Position numbers and translations under genes: made by a program
Part shown: positions 39,436 through 49,122 of the stretch, piece after piece
Position numbering within the stretch: the stretch's first letter is position 1
Layout: each line of letters opens with the position of its first letter
Virus record (IMG/VR): IMGVR_UViG_3300017917_003366
Origin: a virus
Lineage: Duplodnaviria > Heunggongvirae > Uroviricota > Caudoviricetes
Direction: 5' to 3' (one strand)
Length of the DNA stretch: 52,843 nt
Notes under the pieces: generated by a model
Database searches by the model: none
What the model was told of the DNA's origin: nothing
What the model saw: only the letters and a program-made list of their open reading frames with translations

Positions 39436-40614
39436 TATACTTAGATTCTCTTCCTTAGTTGGCCCCGAATCATATATCTCGATTAGTTGTCTCCACGCTT
39501 CGAGTACAACTGATTCATCAAAGTTTTCTTCTTTTTCAGGTAGATAGAAATTTATTGATTTTTCTAAAATCTCGAATTTTGTTTCACTTTCTGAAACATT
39601 CATATCAAATGCAATACCTTGTTTTGAACAGTATTTAAAGAACTCAAAGAATGGTTTTGATTTGAATATTGTACTTATATTTTCTTCCATAATAATATCG
39701 TCCGAATTGAATGTGTAAGTGTCTTTCTTTCCGTCAAAACTTTTATTTGTCTTTAACAAATCTTCTTTCATCGGTAGAAAAACTAATGTTTTAGGGTCGG
39801 GAACATGAGATATATCGTCTCTTAAATCTATTTGAGCCAATACCAAATAATGAACTCCTTTCTTTTTGTAATCCCTTGTGTTTATTGATGTATAAATGGT
39901 GTTACCACTGTATATTTTTGAATTCTTTACTTGGAAATTCTTTACTTCACTTGGATTACTTTTTAGTGTTGTATACAAATCAGTCCCCGTAATCATATCG
40001 GAAAAATCACCTCTTGTAGATGAATTTCGATACACATTATATCTATTTTTCAGTTTTGTTTTAAACAAATATTCGGTAGATAATTCACCAAAGGTTCCTT
40101 GTGCCATTGTGAAATTAGCAATCTCCAAAACATGGTGTAAAGGGTCTTCTTTAGTGATTTCATTTAAATTCTTGAATATCTTATCTCCAAAGTAATCAAT
40201 CCAATAAAAATAGTTATCGATTTCAGAACGAATATAATCGGGGTCTTCTGACTTTGGGTCAAACTCAATAAGTTTGATAATTCTCCCATTATCCTCATCG
40301 ATTCCCCGAGCAATGAATTTATTTGAAATCTGTTGGTTCAAATATTGTATTAGAATATCCTGAGCGGTTGCGTGTGTATTAATCTGATTCACCGCAGACC
40401 ACGTTCCTTTGGATGTTAAAACGCCCTCAAGACCACTATCAGGATTAACACCATATTGGTTATGTGGAGTGTAGAATTTCTTATAAACTCTATCCCAACC
40501 CTCCTTTAATCTTGGTTTTTCTTTACTATGAACTGACTCCCTACCGGTGCATATCTTATAGATTCCCGAGGAATATTTGTTTTTATTGTATTTGAACTTA
40601 TATTGAGGTTTCAC
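39412..40614 (-). CDS. PD-(D/E)xK-like (restriction-endonuclease-fold) protein, 400 aa
   Basis: GTFGE helix, DMITGTDL and FQVK arrangement. Confidence 0.55.
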   Translation of the reverse strand: MKPQYKFKYNKNKYSSGIYKICTGRESVHSKEKPRLKEGWDRVYKKFYTPHNQYGVNPDSGLEGVLTSKGTWSAVNQINTHATAQDILIQYLNQQISNKFIARGIDEDNGRIIKLIEFDPKSEDPDYIRSEIDNYFYWIDYFGDKIFKNLNEITKEDPLHHVLEIANFTMAQGTFGELSTEYLFKTKLKNRYNVYRNSSTRGDFSDMITGTDLYTTLKSNPSEVKNFQVKNSKIYSGNTIYTSINTRDYKKKGVHYLVLAQIDLRDDISHVPDPKTLVFLPMKEDLLKTNKSFDGKKDTYTFNSDDIIMEENISTIFKSKPFFEFFKYCSKQGIAFDMNVSESETKFEILEKSINFYLPEKEENFDESVVLEAWRQLIEIYDSGPTKEENLSILEQFVKK

Positions 40615-40645
40615 AAAATATTTCTATGATATGCTAATATACGAA

Positions 40646-40653
40646 TATTTATA
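40646..40653 (+). promoter_or_regulatory. Putative late promoter motif TATTTATA (plus strand)
   Basis: 12 nt upstream of the plus-strand neck gene ATG; fixes the motif orientation. Confidence 0.65.
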
Positions 40654-40665
40654 GATAAAAACAAT

Positions 40666-41784
40666 ATGGCATCCACAATAATAACGCAACCGGACAGAGA
40701 GAAGTTATATACACAGGTTTTCCATCTTTTGGGAATGCCCGTTAGAGGTATTGAATTAACTGAAGAACAGATGGATACTTTCTTAGAGTTGTCCCTTTCC
40801 GAATATGAACAATATGTAAGTGATTGGTTAATTGAATCCCAATGGTCCGCGTTAGCCGGTTTGGATGTTGATACACAATCATTAACAAGAGCTTTTACCA
40901 CAAGAAGTTTGGATTATGAAACACAATACACCCATTCTTATTCAAAAATCGTGGGTCTTCAAACAGGTGGTAATGCCGAATTAAAGAAAGATTATATATC
41001 ACTTAGTGCTAATACCCAAACATATACAATTCCTGCCGGTAGAGAAATAAATGAACTTTTATGGTTCACAAGAGCGGAATTAACCGACTCAATCGTTGAC
41101 CCGTTCTTGGGTGGATTCGGTGGTCTTGGTGGCGTTGCATTTGGTGGTGTTGGTGGTTTTGCTCAGGTAGGTTCTTCGGGTTCATACTTTATGTTACCCG
41201 CTTATGACCTTCTATTGAGAATGCAAGACAGAAACATTAAAAACAGATTAATCGGTGCAGAATTAACATATCGTGTAACTGCGGGTCCAAATGGTACTAA
41301 GATTGTTCATTTGTACAATGTACCGGGTGGTAGATTTGACTTTGGTTCAATCCAAAACAATAGAGAAAAGGTTTGGTATTGGTATTATGATACAATGGCT
41401 TTAGATACCTGTTTAGATAAAAACAATGGTATCGTTAAATTACCATCGGATGTAGAAACCGAAGAATTGACATGGGATATGTTAAACAAACCCGCACAGA
41501 ATTGGGTTAGAAAATACCTTATTGCTTACGCCAAAGAAGGGTTAGCAAGAATATGGGGTAAATTCTCGGGTGATTTACAAGTACCTGATAGTTCTGTAAA
41601 ACTTGACTACTCATCACTTTTAACCGAAGCAAAAGATGAGAGATTAAAATTGGTAGAGGAACTAATGCAAAGATTGGAAAGACTTCGTCCTGAGAAAGTT
41701 CTCGAAAGAAAAGGAAACGAAGCTGAGAATCTTAACAAGGCATTGAAGTACAGACCAATGCAGTCACCATTTAACGTAATTTAA
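40666..41784 (+). CDS. Neck / head-tail adaptor protein (T4 gp13-like)
   Basis: LLGMPVRGIELTEEQMD N-terminus and WVRKYLIAYAKEGLARIWGKF C-terminus. Confidence 0.8.
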   Translation: MASTIITQPDREKLYTQVFHLLGMPVRGIELTEEQMDTFLELSLSEYEQYVSDWLIESQWSALAGLDVDTQSLTRAFTTRSLDYETQYTHSYSKIVGLQTGGNAELKKDYISLSANTQTYTIPAGREINELLWFTRAELTDSIVDPFLGGFGGLGGVAFGGVGGFAQVGSSGSYFMLPAYDLLLRMQDRNIKNRLIGAELTYRVTAGPNGTKIVHLYNVPGGRFDFGSIQNNREKVWYWYYDTMALDTCLDKNNGIVKLPSDVETEELTWDMLNKPAQNWVRKYLIAYAKEGLARIWGKFSGDLQVPDSSVKLDYSSLLTEAKDERLKLVEELMQRLERLRPEKVLERKGNEAENLNKALKYRPMQSPFNVI

Positions 41785-44678
41785 CTTTCCACCGCGTGGT
41801 AAGCAAAGTCGTTACCATTGGTTTCGATTATCTCATCCTCATTACTCTTTGTACTGGCAACTTGTAGGTTGACAACCTTTCTATTGTGGTCCACCCAATA
41901 TTGGTCAACTAAATCAATACTATTCTCTACGTACATAAAGAATGGGTCACGTTGTACTCTGTTCCAAAACATAACCTCACTATCTGAGAGAGTCATTACT
42001 TCGTCAAACTTATCTTGACCATCTTCTTTCAATGGATAACCACTAATAAGTTCACATTGTGATTTTGTGAAGTATTGTCGGTCCTTCGGGTCCTCAACAA
42101 GAATATCTTCTCTAATCTCAGGTTTGAACGCACATAACAGAGGTTCAATACGTTTATTAAAGTTCGTTAAATAACGAGCAACATTATAATCACCTGTTAA
42201 ATCGGGATTGTTTTGGATATCCTTTTCAGGAATCATATAACAATTGATTTGTAGATAATCATTTGGCATCGGAACACCATGTTCTCTCATATATTCCTCT
42301 TGCATCTTCTTCGTCGGTTTAGAAATCTTCTGAACATCACCATCTGATTTCTTAACTCCATTATTGACGTAGTAAATTGTTTCTCCAAGACCTGCGGGAT
42401 AGTTGTTTTGTAAAACCAACTCCATATGTGCTTGTCGAGACATCAATGAACCCGACTTAGTTGTTTTCTTAATGTGTTTCTTATAATCATCTACAGATTG
42501 CTTAACACGTGCTTTGTTGGCAATTTTAGAAAGAGGTATTTCTTTATTGTGAATCTTCTCTACATATTGATAATACAATTCAATGAATGAAAGACCATCA
42601 CCACTAAGTAAATGTTTCAAACCCTCGTCCAAAAATTCTACAATATACTGTTGTAGTTTTTTAGATTTGATTGTGTTACCAGTTAACTTAATAACCTCTT
42701 TACCTTTTTTATTTAATTTGATGATGTAGTTCTTACGAGAAACATTGATACATGACGGTGCGGTGTAATCAATGTCCAATCCCATCTCATTTCTCATAAA
42801 GATGTCATTGAACTCGGCAGTATCTGCTTCAATACCTTTATATTCTTTACCCTCATCAACCAATTCATTCAACCCTTTACCAATGTAGGTATGTTCATTA
42901 ATTGTATCGGGAGTTTCAAAGTTTACACCGTCCGTGTCCATTACGAGAGGTTTGTAACCTTTTTTCATGAAGAACATAATCATCATACGAAGACATTGAC
43001 GACCTGTACATGTAATGGTTTCACCCATATTCATATCTCCCCATGGAAATACTTGTGGTGCCGATAATGAACCAAAATATGCGTTGATGAAAATCTTAAT
43101 TGGTAATTGTTTACGGTCATACATCTCCGCTTGAACGGGGTCAGATGATTTCAATTCACCGGCAAGACGTTTGTACTTAATACGAATGTTACGGAAATAC
43201 TTTAACATCGATTTTTGTACGTGCATCACATCACAATCAGGGAATACATCATATACCAACTGAATAGATGGATAAAGAGAAGCGTAGTCAAACTTAACGA
43301 TGTTCTTCGCATAACCAACGTTTAACAAACGTGATAATCCACCGGTAATTGCTCGTTTCTCATCTTTTGCGGGGATGGCGAGATTGTTTTCATATGACCA
43401 TGCCAACATGATAATCTTCCACAATGTCGCAGTACCCATCGTCGCAATTCTCTCGTAGGTTGTGGGTACTAACTTTGATAGTAAGAATGTAGATTGTGAG
43501 AATGAATCATCTACAATCATAGTTTCATACAAGTCATCGTCAAGATACTGTTCTACAATCTTTCTACCCGGCCATACCTCAAATTTATTTGGGTATTTTT
43601 CAAGTAATCCTTCAGTACCGGATTCACCAATCTTTTTGTAGTTACCCGTTTTTGGATTTACGTAGTAACTATCATTTTCTAAATAAATCTTCGAGATATA
43701 TGCACCGTCCACATAAACACGATTAGGTTTTTCCTTTTCCAAATATTTGGTGATGTACTTCAATCCCCAAGATTTGATTTCGGAATTGATTGCTTGTGCT
43801 CTACGAACAGAGTGAGCAATATCAATAATATTAAAACCCCATATGACGTGTTGAGTGTAGGGTTCAATTTCGTTTGCTAATTTTAATACTCCTTCTTTTT
43901 CCTTCATTCCTTGTGTTGTGAATATTTGTGTTAATCCACTAACATCCACACCCAATATATTTGCTCGTTTTAAAATGAACGGCCAGTCAAAGAAAGCTGA
44001 GTTGTATCCACCAATAATTGTTGGTTTTACCTCTTTTATTAATTCGAAAAATCTCTCAATACATCTTTTCTCACCATCCTCACCAAATGCGGGAATGGTT
44101 TCCTGTAAACCACGGTTGTCTTTAACTCCAATCAAGATAATTTCACTCGATTCCGCTTCCAACCCCGTGGTCTCGATATCGAATACAAATCGATGAACTC
44201 CCGAATAATCATCAATACCTTTAAAAAGACGTTTCTTTTTCTGTATCAAGTATTGTTCTACAGGAGATAGTATAGTAAAAAAAGATTTTGTTTTTTCACC
44301 CCATGGGTCAACCCCACCTTGTCTGAAGAAGTTTACTAATTCGGTATAACCTTTCATACACTTAACTAAGTGTGTCATACCATTCTGTAAACGTTCATTA
44401 CCGTGGGTTTCCAATTTCTCAATTAGAATTCCATACTCACCCATCTTCTTCTTTTGAAGGGCTTTGTTGTTTTGGTAAAAGTTTAATCCACTAAGGTCAC
44501 CAACCCATAGGAATGGTACCAAGGTATCTTGTTTTACAAGTTTACCCTTTTCAGGGTCCTGAATAATTTTGAAAATTTTGTTGGTTCTATAATCGTATTC
44601 AACCCCCACTATGTATTGCTCGGGGTCCCAACCATTTAAGAAGTTCTCGATAACTTCTTGAGAAATTACTTCTGACAT
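41781..44678 (-). CDS. polB: Family B DNA polymerase with 3'-5' exonuclease
   Basis: DIETTG (ExoI), GYNSAFFD (ExoII), YLDDD (ExoIII), DYASLYPS, KIFINAYFG, DTDG. Confidence 0.95.
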   Translation of the reverse strand: MSEVISQEVIENFLNGWDPEQYIVGVEYDYRTNKIFKIIQDPEKGKLVKQDTLVPFLWVGDLSGLNFYQNNKALQKKKMGEYGILIEKLETHGNERLQNGMTHLVKCMKGYTELVNFFRQGGVDPWGEKTKSFFTILSPVEQYLIQKKKRLFKGIDDYSGVHRFVFDIETTGLEAESSEIILIGVKDNRGLQETIPAFGEDGEKRCIERFFELIKEVKPTIIGGYNSAFFDWPFILKRANILGVDVSGLTQIFTTQGMKEKEGVLKLANEIEPYTQHVIWGFNIIDIAHSVRRAQAINSEIKSWGLKYITKYLEKEKPNRVYVDGAYISKIYLENDSYYVNPKTGNYKKIGESGTEGLLEKYPNKFEVWPGRKIVEQYLDDDLYETMIVDDSFSQSTFLLSKLVPTTYERIATMGTATLWKIIMLAWSYENNLAIPAKDEKRAITGGLSRLLNVGYAKNIVKFDYASLYPSIQLVYDVFPDCDVMHVQKSMLKYFRNIRIKYKRLAGELKSSDPVQAEMYDRKQLPIKIFINAYFGSLSAPQVFPWGDMNMGETITCTGRQCLRMMIMFFMKKGYKPLVMDTDGVNFETPDTINEHTYIGKGLNELVDEGKEYKGIEADTAEFNDIFMRNEMGLDIDYTAPSCINVSRKNYIIKLNKKGKEVIKLTGNTIKSKKLQQYIVEFLDEGLKHLLSGDGLSFIELYYQYVEKIHNKEIPLSKIANKARVKQSVDDYKKHIKKTTKSGSLMSRQAHMELVLQNNYPAGLGETIYYVNNGVKKSDGDVQKISKPTKKMQEEYMREHGVPMPNDYLQINCYMIPEKDIQNNPDLTGDYNVARYLTNFNKRIEPLLCAFKPEIREDILVEDPKDRQYFTKSQCELISGYPLKEDGQDKFDEVMTLSDSEVMFWNRVQRDPFFMYVENSIDLVDQYWVDHNRKVVNLQVASTKSNEDEIIETNGNDFAYHAVES

Positions 44679-44701
44679 AATATATTAGTTGACTTATTAG
44701 C

Positions 44702-44720
44702 TTATACCACCGTGGTATAA
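44702..44720. promoter_or_regulatory. Perfect inverted repeat in polB leader
   Basis: TTATACCAC-C-GTGGTATAA between the promoter and the ATG. Confidence 0.6.
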
Positions 44721-44733
44721 TTTGTCTTACTAA

Positions 44734-44765
44734 CAAATATAGGTAAAAAAAATTGAATTTACAAA
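44734..44765 (-). promoter_or_regulatory. Bacteroidota-type primary sigma promoter for polB
   Basis: TTTG (44765-44762), 20 nt, then TATATTTG (44741-44734); matches the -33/-7 TTTG/TAnnTTTG consensus. Confidence 0.65.
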
Positions 44766-45373
44766 ACGGGTGGGTAATAATTTTCTTTTAGGTCGTGTTC
44801 ACTAAAATTCCACCTTTTAATTAAACCTAATTGGTACCCATTGAAAAACAACTCTAAATGTTTGTGAAACGCAAATGCAAACGAATCAACGCCCGATTTT
44901 ACTTGTAGATGTTTTTCTTGTTCCAAACCCCCCAAATAATCGTCAAATATCATCACACCACCATCCTTTAAACAATAAAACGCATTAACAGCATCTTCTA
45001 ACACATGACATGACATATGACTCCCGTCAATGTAAACAAAATCAAGAAATTCCTTTGTTTCCCCTCTATGAGTGAAAGATTTAAACGCATCTCTCGATTC
45101 TCCATGAAATAATGTAACATTCTCATAAGGTTCTATATTTGATAAAAGGTATTCAGATTGATTTATATCCATTAGATATAGGTGAGAACCTTCTAAACTA
45201 CAAAGACGTTCTCTTATGTAAACAGAAGATGCACCATGATAACTACCAATCTCCAAACAGGTATTTGGTTTATCAAAAAGAAATGATAACGATTTATCCC
45301 AATTATCTATATGGTCCTTAAACCAAACGCGTTCATTTTCGGGATAATTAAAATGTGATGGGTACTCAAACAT
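44759..45373 (-). CDS. Class I SAM-dependent methyltransferase (Methyltransf_24-like)
   Basis: LEIGSYHGAS, DFVYIDGSH, LKDGGVMIFDDY. Confidence 0.85.
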   Translation of the reverse strand: MFEYPSHFNYPENERVWFKDHIDNWDKSLSFLFDKPNTCLEIGSYHGASSVYIRERLCSLEGSHLYLMDINQSEYLLSNIEPYENVTLFHGESRDAFKSFTHRGETKEFLDFVYIDGSHMSCHVLEDAVNAFYCLKDGGVMIFDDYLGGLEQEKHLQVKSGVDSFAFAFHKHLELFFNGYQLGLIKRWNFSEHDLKENYYPPVL

Positions 45374-45412
45374 AATTTAAATCAATAAATTATGATATGA
45401 AAAATAAAATGT

Positions 45413-45781
45413 TTAGTAAATGGTAATAAACAACTTCTCCTTAATGGGTAGAATGAGTTTTGTTGTGGGATTCAAGTTTGTATCAAGGAATTGAACTGTG
45501 ATTTTACCTTCGTATTTACCGGCATTTGATGTTTGTGCTTCGGTAAATCGATGAACAATGTAATATTCATCAGTTGTTTGGTCGTATTTTTTATTACGGG
45601 TGGTAATGTTACATTCAGAATTCAATATCTCAGGTTCACCATCTTCGATTTTATACATATCCAAAGTGATGTCACAATTTTCCAATAAATCGTTAAATGA
45701 TGATTTATCGTTCTTACCATCATCAATCAACCTCATTTTTAATATTGGGTCACTAGCGCCCTGTCTGATAAAAAATTCCAT
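45413..45781 (-). CDS. Small Ig-like structural protein (BppU N-terminal-like), 122 aa
   Basis: FFIRQG...L...L and T..AGKYEGKITV...LILP pattern; late motif upstream. Confidence 0.55.
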   Translation of the reverse strand: MEFFIRQGASDPILKMRLIDDGKNDKSSFNDLLENCDITLDMYKIEDGEPEILNSECNITTRNKKYDQTTDEYYIVHRFTEAQTSNAGKYEGKITVQFLDTNLNPTTKLILPIKEKLFITIY

Positions 45782-45785
45782 ATTT

Positions 45786-45793
45786 TATAAATA
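45786..45793 (-). promoter_or_regulatory. Putative late promoter motif TATTTATA
   Basis: 4 nt upstream of the ATG at 45781. Confidence 0.6.
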
Positions 45794-45808
45794 TCCTAAA
45801 TAAATGAT

Positions 45809-48094
45809 TTATGTGGTTGTTGGTGTTAATGTTGGTGTAGGAGTGGGAGTTGGAGTTGGTTCGTTACCCCATTTAGTAAATAACGAATCAATTTCATCAT
45901 TAATTTGTAAATCGGATAATGCAGTTTTATAATACTTGAATTCAAAAACTTTACCATTTAATCTTTGAGTTCCAAATAATAGTGATTTACCCAAAATAAA
46001 CGTAGTGATTGGTGTTTCTGAAGTCGGTATGGTTGTACCCGATGTAAATGGAACAGAATAACCATTTACCCAAAGTTTTAACCTATCCGAATTTACTGAT
46101 TGAGTACCATCGTATTTAATCGTAAATAAAATAGCTTGGTTAGGTGTAAATGTTGGTGAATTTACCGGAGAAAACGACTGTCCGTTAATAAGAACAAACA
46201 ACGTACCATTGTAAATCTGAATAGTGCCTCCACCCCTTTGATTACTTTGATTTATAAATTCAAATGGTCCCCAATTTTGTCCTCCACTGTACTGCATTAA
46301 TAGAAATGATGTAAATGCATTTGTTGATGTATCATTAAATGTTGTTGCTAATGAATAGTCGTAATCTAAAGAACCTGTCCATTTACCAGGAAATATTACA
46401 GAACCTAATGAATTTTGAGTATTTGCAGACCAAGTCCCACCAAATCCGCTATCTGAACCTAAATGATTTGCATACCCCGATATGTCTAACCAACTAGTAA
46501 AATTAATACCGTTAGTTCCTACTATTGGTGTAAAATTGGTACTAACACTGGCATCATAATGTAAAATTAAATTTGATGTCGGTGTAGGTGTTGGTGTACC
46601 TGTAGGTGTTGGGGTTGATGTCGGTGTGGATGTTAATGTTAACGTTGGTGTTTGTGTTGGAGTTAACGTAGGGAAGAAATTCCACTTCGTCATCAACGAA
46701 GCATCTCTCGATTCCAAATTCACAATCGATAATGGTTCTTTATCGTAGAAAAATTCATGAATATAACCTTGAATATATGATGAGTTTCTATTTGAAATTC
46801 CTATCGTTACAATTTGTGTTTCTGACGATGGAACTGAAACGGAATAAAGTAAACTTCTTTCAATATTATTAACCCATATTCTTAATTTTTCAGAATCAGT
46901 TGATGCGGTCCCATCATATCTGGCGGTAACTAAAAAAGTTTCATTTACTCCATATGGAATTTGTTGGGTGGTTCTATATGTATTCCCCCCAACATAAACA
47001 TAAAAGTAATTATTTGGTCCATATTGAATTGTTCCACCGCCATTTACATTCTGATTGGATGAATTTTTTGCGGTAAAAATACCATATTCTGAACCGCTTG
47101 ATGTGAATATAGTTGTTACTGTAAAACCTGTTGTACTTGTTTCAGTAAGTCCCGTAACGGTAAGAGTGTAGTAAGATGAGGTAAATGTATTTGGACAACG
47201 AATAGAACCTAAACCATTCTTTACGTTAGATTCCCAAAGTCCAAATGAATCTCCAATTGCGTTATGATTATAACCAGAACTGTCTTTCCATGTTTTAAAA
47301 TTACCTGTCGACGTTAATTCTTGACCACTAAGGTTTAAAAAATTTGATGAAGAACTACCATCTAAATGTACGATAGTTGAACCCGTACCCACAGGGGTCG
47401 ATGTCGGTGTTAATGTAGGTGTGGGTGTTGCCGTTGCACTGAGTGTCGGTGTTAGAGTTTGTGTTGGTGTAGGTGTAGGTGTTGCATATGCGTCAGAAGT
47501 GGTCGATAATACAAATTCAACTTCAGTATTGGACATCAAAGGATAAAATGTTCCATTACAATATGGAACAAATGATTGTCCAAAGTTTTGATTACCATTA
47601 ACCGATTGTGTATGCACCACACAATCATTAAAATAAATGTGTAAAAATCCTTCACCAGAACCACTCGTTACAATTCCATATGAAGTCGATACAGAATCCC
47701 ATGACAACTCACCCCAAAAATTTGTGGTTTCATTAATAAGATTCTGAGACAATTCTAACGGAAGAGTTCCTGAAGTTACACTTACAGATGAATTCTGACC
47801 ATATGTAAAATTGGTTATAACAATGGTTGGGTGAATATTCGAAACTTTAAAACTTGGAAAATAACTTGTACTTGTGGGTGTCGGTGTTTGAGTAGAACTC
47901 AAAGTTGGTGTTGTTGTGGGTGTTTGTGACGAAGTTAATGTCGGAGTCGGGGTTGGTGTCTCAGTTAAAGTTGGTGTCTGAGTTGTGGTATTTGTTGGTG
48001 TTAAAGTTTGGGTAGGTGTATTTGTTGGCGTACTAGATGACGTTGGTGTTGGTGTCGGTAAATTCCCTAAAACTCTCGAATAAACTGATATCAT
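45809..48094 (-). CDS. Thr/Pro-linker protein with two LamG/concanavalin-like domains, 761 aa
   Basis: Four TPT blocks; duplicated H(L/Y)D.S...W.D.SGY...GGGTIQ...YDGT...WVN...TKW domain. Confidence 0.7.
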   Translation of the reverse strand: MISVYSRVLGNLPTPTPTSSSTPTNTPTQTLTPTNTTTQTPTLTETPTPTPTLTSSQTPTTTPTLSSTQTPTPTSTSYFPSFKVSNIHPTIVITNFTYGQNSSVSVTSGTLPLELSQNLINETTNFWGELSWDSVSTSYGIVTSGSGEGFLHIYFNDCVVHTQSVNGNQNFGQSFVPYCNGTFYPLMSNTEVEFVLSTTSDAYATPTPTPTQTLTPTLSATATPTPTLTPTSTPVGTGSTIVHLDGSSSSNFLNLSGQELTSTGNFKTWKDSSGYNHNAIGDSFGLWESNVKNGLGSIRCPNTFTSSYYTLTVTGLTETSTTGFTVTTIFTSSGSEYGIFTAKNSSNQNVNGGGTIQYGPNNYFYVYVGGNTYRTTQQIPYGVNETFLVTARYDGTASTDSEKLRIWVNNIERSLLYSVSVPSSETQIVTIGISNRNSSYIQGYIHEFFYDKEPLSIVNLESRDASLMTKWNFFPTLTPTQTPTLTLTSTPTSTPTPTGTPTPTPTSNLILHYDASVSTNFTPIVGTNGINFTSWLDISGYANHLGSDSGFGGTWSANTQNSLGSVIFPGKWTGSLDYDYSLATTFNDTSTNAFTSFLLMQYSGGQNWGPFEFINQSNQRGGGTIQIYNGTLFVLINGQSFSPVNSPTFTPNQAILFTIKYDGTQSVNSDRLKLWVNGYSVPFTSGTTIPTSETPITTFILGKSLLFGTQRLNGKVFEFKYYKTALSDLQINDEIDSLFTKWGNEPTPTPTPTPTLTPTTT
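47867..48060. repeat. Thr/Pro-coding imperfect tandem repeats (other blocks near 45812, 46577 and 47390)
   Basis: GTTGGT/GTCGGT-type units encoding TPTxTLTx. Confidence 0.85.
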
Positions 48095-48107
48095 ATTTTT
48101 TATTCAT

Positions 48108-49121
48108 TTATAATGTAACTTCAAAAGTTGCGGAATAACCTTTACTTCCTACCTCAGGACCTCCACCTGAATAATTTATATTCAACGTATTACCTGATGT
48201 TAATGTTAATGGAGTTTGGAATGTGTGACTAAAATTTCTATTTCCACCGGTATGTGTCCACGATACCGATGAACTAACAGTATTTGATGAATTCCTCATC
48301 TCAAGTAAAAATGTTGTATCTGTTGATGATGTTACATCACCATATGAGCCATTTACACTTGTAATTGTTTTGTTGTTGTAATCTGATGGAATAACAACAT
48401 ACGCATCTCTCATTGAATTATTTACAACAAAATCTGATATTGATATTGAAGCAGGAACTGAGTTTATCGCAATATAATCCGATGATGAGTTTGTGTAACC
48501 TGTAATTGTTATTGTGCCACCGGTGTTATTATAAAGTGTTGTTGTTCCATTTGAATGTGTTCCTCCCGTTATTTGAACATCGGAACCATAAAAAATTCTC
48601 CATTTTGCATTTTCACGAGTAGTTCCACTCACGTTTTCTATGGTAGAACCCGTCCAAGCAGAAATTAACGCAGCGCCCGATGCTTTTTCAACACCACCAA
48701 CTCTATTTGAAACCGTATATGAGATATCAGTGGAGGTTATGCAGTTATCGGTAACTGCATTATCCCATAATGTTTCATAATTGTCAATTTGAAATTGATA
48801 CGTTGTTTGGTTTTCATGTACATAAACCAACATTCCAAGTTTTCTTCTACCACTTGAGATACCATCAGAATTTAATGTAATTCTATTCGTAATTGTTGGT
48901 ACCGGACTTTTGTAAAATGTGACGGGAATTGTGTTTCCGCTATTTGATATGTTACCCGTTGCCCCAAAGGTTGAAAATTCTAAATCGGTTAGTTTCCATA
49001 CTTCTTGATAACCACCAACAAGTGATGTACTAAACGTAGAACCGTAAGTACTTGTTAATCCAACACCACTTGGTGCGGATACCTCAACAGATGATATTGG
49101 GTTTTTATAAGTTAATGCCAT
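48108..49121 (-). CDS. Ser/Thr-rich putative tail fibre/decoration protein, 337 aa
   Basis: RRKLGMLVYV motif, beta-rich, about 7 [ST]GxT motifs. Confidence 0.55.
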   Translation of the reverse strand: MALTYKNPISSVEVSAPSGVGLTSTYGSTFSTSLVGGYQEVWKLTDLEFSTFGATGNISNSGNTIPVTFYKSPVPTITNRITLNSDGISSGRRKLGMLVYVHENQTTYQFQIDNYETLWDNAVTDNCITSTDISYTVSNRVGGVEKASGAALISAWTGSTIENVSGTTRENAKWRIFYGSDVQITGGTHSNGTTTLYNNTGGTITITGYTNSSSDYIAINSVPASISISDFVVNNSMRDAYVVIPSDYNNKTITSVNGSYGDVTSSTDTTFLLEMRNSSNTVSSSVSWTHTGGNRNFSHTFQTPLTLTSGNTLNINYSGGGPEVGSKGYSATFEVTL

Positions 49122-49122
49122 T

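Noticed and set aside
41781-41784. Convergent genes sharing a TTAA stop (also 35865-35868)
   Set aside because: This is a common consequence of genome compaction in AT-rich phages.
5971-45793. Plus-strand TATAAATA read as T4 late promoters
   Set aside because: They would point away from the adjacent minus-strand genes, and the plus-strand neck gene has TATTTATA, so the sense motif is the reverse complement.
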